A stretch of 64,000 nt of DNA from an uncultured virus (IMG/VR IMGVR_UViG_3300042328_001905). Its lineage: Duplodnaviria; Heunggongvirae; Uroviricota; Caudoviricetes. A model generated the notes under the pieces. It was not told the origin of the DNA. It saw only the letters and a list, made by a program, of their open reading frames with translations, and made no database searches. How positions within the stretch are numbered: position 1 is the first letter of the stretch; the number at the start of each line of letters is the position of its first letter. The stretch is from the IMG/VR virus record IMGVR_UViG_3300042328_001905; one strand, 5' to 3'. Shown in pieces: positions 58,990-64,000 of the stretch. Position numbers and translations under genes: made by a program.

Positions 58990-59304
58990 TTATAAATTCG
59001 CAACATACTCTTTATAAGCTGTTGTTCGTTTATCAATATTCCCATTCGGTAATCTAGGTAGATCTTCTGGATAATCGCTTGTATCTGGTTTAGAAGTTGC
59101 TGCAATATAGTGAGAAACTGTTGGCTGTACTTGCGGTTCAAATTTTTGTTTAAAACTTTCAAATGATTCAGCTAAAACTAAAAACGATTCTTTACTTAGA
59201 TGAACAATTGTTTCATTATTATAGGAAGCAACAGCATATAAGATATTGTTTTCATTAATTAAAACTTCTGCTCCGTTGTGATTTTTCGATTTTACTGTTA
59301 TCAT
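58990..59304 (-). CDS. hypothetical protein
   Basis: 104-aa ORF, GAGG RBS, promoter TTGACT-17-TAAAAT at 59323-59351. Confidence 0.7.
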   Translation of the reverse strand: MITVKSKNHNGAEVLINENNILYAVASYNNETIVHLSKESFLVLAESFESFKQKFEPQVQPTVSHYIAATSKPDTSDYPEDLPRLPNGNIDKRTTAYKEYVANL

Positions 59305-59365
59305 AATACCTCGTAATATTTTATTTTACTATATAGAATATAAATAGTCAAGTACAATTTAGTGC

Positions 59366-59394
59366 TTGACTAAAAATTGTTTTTAGTATATAGT
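59366..59394 (+). promoter_or_regulatory. sigma70-type promoter upstream of the candidate ncRNA
   Basis: GTGC-TTGACT-17-TATAGT, back-to-back with a leftward promoter. Confidence 0.75.
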
Positions 59395-59399
59395 AAAGA

Positions 59400-59702
59400 A
59401 AATGTGTCTGTATAAAGGTTGATACGCCGACTGATATCGTATTGATAACCTATTCACCATAAAAGTGTGTAGAATAGCTCTGTCTAAGAAAAAAAGAGGT
59501 AAAGACACCACCTCGTTACTTCTAGGAAACTAGATGAAATTATCAATCACTCCAAACAAGAGATGATCCAATTAGGCGCAGGATCTTTAAAATCGCTACA
59601 GGTGTGGAAAGCAGCAGAACCAATCTTGGGTTGATAATGATAAAATACCTGTCTTATTCTAAAAAAATGAATTTGGGCTCCGGATAGCCTTATTCAACCT
59701 TA
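59400..59702 (+). ncRNA. candidate structured non-coding RNA, family unknown
   Basis: No ORF in the track; closing helix AAGGTTGA/TCAACCTT, several nested helices and a GAAA tetraloop. Confidence 0.6.
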
Positions 59703-59721
59703 AAAAAGATAAATATAAAAA

Positions 59722-59800
59722 TGCGCTTCCGAAGGAAGCGATGCGAGCGAAGCGAAGCATTAAATTAGTTCCCTTCGGGAACCCGCTTCGCGGAAATCTA
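59722..59800. repeat. GNA-triloop hairpin cluster including copy 2 of the 42-bp element (59759-59800)
   Basis: CGCTTCC-GAA-GGAAGCG, overlapping GCGAAGC x2, GTTCCC-TTC-GGGAAC, CCGC-TTC-GCGG. Confidence 0.85.
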
Positions 59801-59854
59801 TTGACGTAAATTGAATTTCATAATACAATAAATAAAATTAAAAGGATGTTAATT

Positions 59855-60013
59855 ATGGATAGACAAAAAATTATTGTTGCCTTAGAAACTTTAAGGGATT
59901 ATAATAGATGGAGAAGAGGGCAGCTAAAAGTGATGCCCAACGCAACATTAATAGGAGAATCAATTGAATTAGTGATTGATTTAATATCAACAGAAATCTT
60001 AAATAAAAAATAA
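59855..60013 (+). CDS. hypothetical protein (52 aa, not in the ORF track)
   Basis: AAGGA RBS; MDRQKIIVALETLRDYNRWRRG... Confidence 0.6.
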   Translation: MDRQKIIVALETLRDYNRWRRGQLKVMPNATLIGESIELVIDLISTEILNKK

Positions 60014-60014
60014 T

Positions 60015-60437
60015 ATGATCAAGAACGTTTATGAAATTTTAAAAGAATTTGAAGGTGCTAAAACCGATCAACAACGAAAACAAATTCTTGAACAAAATAA
60101 TATCTATTACTTTAAACAAGTATTACAATATACATTTAATCCAAATTATCAATTCTACATTAAAGAATTTCCAACAGAATATATCAAACCCGATACTTTT
60201 CCTGGAATTCGATTAGCTGGTCTTGAGTCAGAACTTCGTAGAGTTTATCTTTTCTTAAAAGGTGATCCAACAGCGGATACATTAACAGAACAAAAACGTA
60301 ATGTTCTTCTATTACAACTTTTAGAATCATTTGAACCTGAAGAAGCAGTTGTTTTCGTCAACATGATGAAAAAAGACCTTCAAATCCCAGGATTAACAGA
60401 ATCTTTAGTCAAAGAAGTTTTTCCAGAATTATTTTAA
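60015..60437 (+). CDS. conserved T4-like phage hypothetical protein
   Basis: VYEILKEF, LLESFEPEEA, GLTESLVKEVFP. Confidence 0.75.
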   Translation: MIKNVYEILKEFEGAKTDQQRKQILEQNNIYYFKQVLQYTFNPNYQFYIKEFPTEYIKPDTFPGIRLAGLESELRRVYLFLKGDPTADTLTEQKRNVLLLQLLESFEPEEAVVFVNMMKKDLQIPGLTESLVKEVFPELF

Positions 60438-60453
60438 CACTTTTAAATTTTAT

Positions 60454-60621
60454 ATGAAACAAAATATTAATATTTTTGATGATTTCGGTGAGTTTCAAAC
60501 AAAAAAACGAAAATCAACTAAAAATTTGAAAACCAAACGAGTCTCATTTTCTGAATTGGATTATGACGATAATTTTTCTTCAAACAAAAAATACAAAAAT
60601 GTCGATTATAAAAAATACTAG
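60454..60621 (+). CDS. hypothetical basic protein (55 aa)
   Basis: MKQNINIFDDFGEFQTKKRK... ORF filling the gap; not in the track. Confidence 0.45.
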   Translation: MKQNINIFDDFGEFQTKKRKSTKNLKTKRVSFSELDYDDNFSSNKKYKNVDYKKY

Positions 60622-60751
60622 AGATATATACAACAATATTTCTAAACCTGAACCTGCAAAAAGCCCAGTAATTCCAGCTAATCAAGAATTGTTGGATAAA
60701 GTTGTTAGCGATTTAAATAAAAAACCTCAAATTGCTCCAAAAATAAAATAA
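60563..60751 (+). CDS. hypothetical protein (start probably a later ATG)
   Basis: ORF track; co-oriented with neighbours. Confidence 0.4.
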   Translation: MTIIFLQTKNTKMSIIKNTRDIYNNISKPEPAKSPVIPANQELLDKVVSDLNKKPQIAPKIK

Positions 60752-60760
60752 GAGATTAAT

Positions 60761-60973
60761 ATGATACCAGAAGATTCTACTTTACGCAGACATTACCTGA
60801 CTGAATTGAAATATAAACAGGAATCTCAATTTGAGGATTTTATTTCTGTTGCTACAGGTAAAGGATCACAAGTTAACCCAATACCACAATTTCCTGCAGC
60901 CCAGGAATCAATTCCTTATTCTTCTTATCTAGCAGCATTTGCTTTTGTTTTGTTGCTGTTGGTTTTATTTTAG
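60761..60973 (+). CDS. small protein with C-terminal membrane anchor
   Basis: MIPEDSTLRRHYLT; ends LAAFAFVLLLLVLF. Confidence 0.65.
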   Translation: MIPEDSTLRRHYLTELKYKQESQFEDFISVATGKGSQVNPIPQFPAAQESIPYSSYLAAFAFVLLLLVLF

Positions 60974-60976
60974 TGC

Positions 60977-61005
60977 TTGACTTTTTGATGACTTTAGGTT
61001 AAGAT
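60977..61005 (+). promoter_or_regulatory. sigma70-type promoter
   Basis: GTGC-TTGACT-17-TAAGAT. Confidence 0.7.
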
Positions 61006-61037
61006 AAAGTTTCCAATTAACCTGTAAGGATTTTATT

Positions 61038-61295
61038 ATGAGTATTTACACTAAAGAAGATATTAAACAATTATTGCAAAATAATGTTGGTACTGTAACT
61101 TTCACTAAAACTGATGGTACAGAACGAGTTATGAAATGCACTTTACAATCTCATGTGTTACCTATTACTGAAATTGTTGAGGGTAAAGTAATTAAAACCG
61201 AAAATCCTAATGTGTTATCTGTTTGGGATTTAGATAATAATGGTTGGCGTTCTTTCAAAATTGATTCTGTACTTTCATTAAATATTAATATTTAA
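61038..61295 (+). CDS. WYL_2/Sm-like SH3-fold protein
   Basis: VTFTKTDGTERVMKCTL and VWDLDNNGWRSFKID. Confidence 0.8.
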   Translation: MSIYTKEDIKQLLQNNVGTVTFTKTDGTERVMKCTLQSHVLPITEIVEGKVIKTENPNVLSVWDLDNNGWRSFKIDSVLSLNINI

Positions 61296-61296
61296 A

Positions 61297-63165
61297 ATGA
61301 CAAAACATATTCAACAAACTTATCAAGTTCTTGATGAGATTGAACATATTAGAAAAAGAACTGGCATGTATGCTGGTTCTACTTCAATCCAAACAAGCCA
61401 AGAATGGGTTTATAATACTCAATCTAAAAATATGGAAAAGCGAGATATTTCATATATCCCCGCTTTTATTAAAATCTTTTCTGAAATTCTTGATAATTCT
61501 ATTGACGAAGGAAAAAGAGCGCCTGATGTATTAAATCAAATTAAAGTGGATATTACATTTGATGAAATTTCTATTCAGGATAATGGTCGAGGTATTCCCG
61601 TAGAAATTCATGATCAAACTGGAACATATATTGCAGAAACAGTTTTTTCTAATTTGCGCGCAGGTTCCAATTTTAATGATGATGAAGATCAATCATTAAT
61701 CGGTACTAATGGTGTTGGTTCAACATTAACTAATGTTCTTTCTACAAATTTTAAAATTGAATCTTGCGACGGTAAGAAAAAATTAACTCAAGATTTCTGG
61801 AATGGGATGCGAGAGCGTTCAGAACCTAAAATTAAAGAATATTCTAAAAATGGAACTAAAATTACATTCACGCCAGATTATGAATTTTTTAAGTTAACAG
61901 GTTTAGATGCAGACCATATTTGTAAAATTCAAAAGAAAGTAATTGATGCTGCTGCAAATAATTTAAATATTAAATTTTATTTTAATGGTGAATTAATTAA
62001 ATTTAAATCTTTTGATGATTATATTTCGTTATATTCTACTGAGTATTACACAGATAATACTGATGATTGGAAAGTTGGTATCAGTTCTTCGGATGGATTT
62101 GAGCAAATTTCTTTTATCAATTCGGTAGAAACTTATCAAGGTGGAACTCATGTCAATTATGTTGTTGATCAAATCACAACTAAACTTCGTGAGCACTTTA
62201 AGAAAAAACATAAAGTGGATGTAAAACCTAGTGATATTAAAAATCATTTTAGAGTTTATATTGCTGGTACAGTAAATCGACCAAGATTTTCTAGTCAAAC
62301 AAAAGAAAATATGATTAGTTTGCCAACCGAATGGAAAACTTCCTGGAGCGTTAGCGATAAATTTATTAAAAACATTCTTAAATCCGAGATTATTCAATCT
62401 ATTTTGGATTGGGTTCAGGCTAAAGAACGTGCTGCTGAAGCTGCTGAATTGCGTAAAGCTAATAAAAATTTAGATAAAGCAGATCCACGTAGAGTTGAAA
62501 AGTTCCATGATGCATCTACCAAACAACGTAATGAAGCAATGTTATTTTTAGCAGAAGGAGATTCTGCACTTTCAGCATTGTTATCTGGTAGAGATCCAAA
62601 AACAATGGCAGCATTTCCGTTACGAGGTAAACCTGTTAATGTACGACCTATGGAATTAAAAGATATTCTTGATAATAAAGAATTTAAAAGCATCATGACA
62701 ATTACTGGGCTTCAATTTGGTGTTCCTGTTAATTCTATCGAAGATATTCGGTTTGGTAAAATTGTCCTGTCTACAGATTCGGATTTAGATGGATTTCACA
62801 TAAGAGCATTATTATTAAATGCGTTTTATAAATTTTGGCCAGAATTATTTTCTTTAGGTGTTATTTATATTTTAAATACACCAATTGTAAAAGTTAAGTA
62901 TAAAAAAGAAATATTAAGTTTTTACACTTTAGATCAATTTAATGATTGGAAAAAAGATCATATTGGAGAAAAATATGAATCCAAATATTATAAAGGTCTA
63001 GGAACCAGTTCTAGTAAAGAATGGAAAATTTATTTGTCCGAATTGGCTAATAATTTAGAACAATTAATTTCATTAAAAGACGAGACTGCACTTTTTGATT
63101 TACATTTTTCTAAAGAAACTGGTAGTACTGATAAGAGAAAAGTTTGGTTGGGTATTGAAGGGTAA
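61297..63165 (+). CDS. gp39: type II topoisomerase large subunit (gp39+gp60 in one ORF)
   Basis: EHIRKRTGMYAGS, EILDNSIDE, DNGRGIP, GTNGVG, LAEGDSA, PLRGK, DSDLDG, YYKGLG. Confidence 0.95.
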   Translation: MTKHIQQTYQVLDEIEHIRKRTGMYAGSTSIQTSQEWVYNTQSKNMEKRDISYIPAFIKIFSEILDNSIDEGKRAPDVLNQIKVDITFDEISIQDNGRGIPVEIHDQTGTYIAETVFSNLRAGSNFNDDEDQSLIGTNGVGSTLTNVLSTNFKIESCDGKKKLTQDFWNGMRERSEPKIKEYSKNGTKITFTPDYEFFKLTGLDADHICKIQKKVIDAAANNLNIKFYFNGELIKFKSFDDYISLYSTEYYTDNTDDWKVGISSSDGFEQISFINSVETYQGGTHVNYVVDQITTKLREHFKKKHKVDVKPSDIKNHFRVYIAGTVNRPRFSSQTKENMISLPTEWKTSWSVSDKFIKNILKSEIIQSILDWVQAKERAAEAAELRKANKNLDKADPRRVEKFHDASTKQRNEAMLFLAEGDSALSALLSGRDPKTMAAFPLRGKPVNVRPMELKDILDNKEFKSIMTITGLQFGVPVNSIEDIRFGKIVLSTDSDLDGFHIRALLLNAFYKFWPELFSLGVIYILNTPIVKVKYKKEILSFYTLDQFNDWKKDHIGEKYESKYYKGLGTSSSKEWKIYLSELANNLEQLISLKDETALFDLHFSKETGSTDKRKVWLGIEG

Positions 63166-63167
63166 AT

Positions 63168-63452
63168 ATGATAAAATATTGTTTTCCATTTTCTACCTTA
63201 GATGGATTAGAATTGATTCCGTTTTTGTGGATGTTTGATGAAACTTTTATTAGAAGTATGGGTAAACGATTTAAAAATCTTAATAAAGATTTATTATATC
63301 AAAAAAATTATATTTCTGATGTTTTATTAGAGAAATTAGATGGAGTTGTATTTTCTGGGTATGTAGGTAAAATCCAATACAATTATAATTTTTCTGAAAA
63401 TACTAGAACAATTAGATTTTCTATTGATACTGAAATTTTATTTGACTTATGA
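63168..63452 (+). CDS. hypothetical protein
   Basis: 94-aa ORF directly after the topoisomerase. Confidence 0.55.
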   Translation: MIKYCFPFSTLDGLELIPFLWMFDETFIRSMGKRFKNLNKDLLYQKNYISDVLLEKLDGVVFSGYVGKIQYNYNFSENTRTIRFSIDTEILFDL

Positions 63453-63736
63453 ATATAAAATTAACTGAAAATGATATAATTAATTTATTATTCAGATTTG
63501 AATATTTACAAGAATCAGTATTTGATCAAATAAATTCTTCAATCTTAAATTTAACAGAATTTAAATGTAAATTTAAACTTAAATTTTATTCTAAACCATT
63601 TATATCATATGGTGTATTATCATTTAATAAATGTTTAAATAATAGATCTATTATTTTAGAATTTTCTGATACCGAATTAACATATTTAAAAATTATGGAT
63701 ATACAAACAAATAAAATTTTATTGGAGATAAAATGA
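63449..63736 (+). CDS. hypothetical protein
   Basis: 95-aa ORF with ATGA overlaps on both sides. Confidence 0.55.
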   Translation: MNIKLTENDIINLLFRFEYLQESVFDQINSSILNLTEFKCKFKLKFYSKPFISYGVLSFNKCLNNRSIILEFSDTELTYLKIMDIQTNKILLEIK

Positions 63737-64000
63737 AATCTTTTAAATTATTTCATGAAATGTCTATAAATGTTGGTGATGTTAAAATGGATTTAGCCAC
63801 AAAACATGATCAACAAATTCATTTTAAAAAAAGTCGAAATTATCCTATTATGGATAATTTAAATAATAATGTTAAAAAACATGTTTTTAAAAATAAAAAT
63901 ATAACAAAATATTATACTAATGATCATGATTCAGGAAAAACTTTATATAAAAGCGAATTTCATGAACATAATCCCACAAAATTTATTCCATTCAAACATC
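63733..64000 (+). CDS. hypothetical protein, runs off the window
   Basis: GGAG RBS, MKSFKLFHEMSINVG..., no stop before the window end. Confidence 0.6.
   Translation, partial: MKSFKLFHEMSINVGDVKMDLATKHDQQIHFKKSRNYPIMDNLNNNVKKHVFKNKNITKYYTNDHDSGKTLYKSEFHEHNPTKFIPFKH

Noticed and set aside
59722..59800. Palindrome cluster as a CRISPR array or intrinsic terminator
   Set aside because: No repeat-spacer periodicity and no cas genes; 3-nt loops and no clear U-tracts
61297..63165. T4 gene 60-style translational bypass or a split gp39/gp60
   Set aside because: ATPase and TOPRIM motifs lie in one uninterrupted ORF
1..64000. Stop-codon reassignment
   Set aside because: Core genes translate full length in the standard code and no suppressor tRNA is seen

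Overview
64 kb of an AT-rich T4-like (myovirus) phage genome. Left to right: a tRNA cluster with dNMP kinase and a YqeY protein; a glycosyltransferase plus rmlC/A/B sugar cassette; a degenerate peptide deformylase; gp46 and gp47; gp55, uvsW, uvsY and gp3; an oppositely oriented TET/JBP-like dioxygenase plus P-loop kinase cassette; the head, tail, neck and baseplate module (gp23-gp13, gp8/7/6/25/5/53/48/4/2/54/26/51, tape-measure-like protein); gp32, gp59, gp33, a cell-wall hydrolase, an exonuclease, an HNH endonuclease and phoH; a structured intergenic region; and topoisomerase II. Most notable: (1) gp46 is fractured by an atypically split intein (26-aa IntN, 124-aa IntC) with a free-standing endonuclease between the halves; (2) a likely -1 ribosomal frameshift fuses gp26 to gp51 just upstream of the tape-measure gene, as in lambda G/GT; (3) a promoter-driven, multi-helix RNA candidate of about 300 nt that I cannot assign to a family; (4) a 42-bp double GNA-triloop hairpin element present twice with compensatory changes; (5) a candidate DNA-hypermodification gene set. 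All product calls come from motif recognition and gene order by eye; no searches were run.
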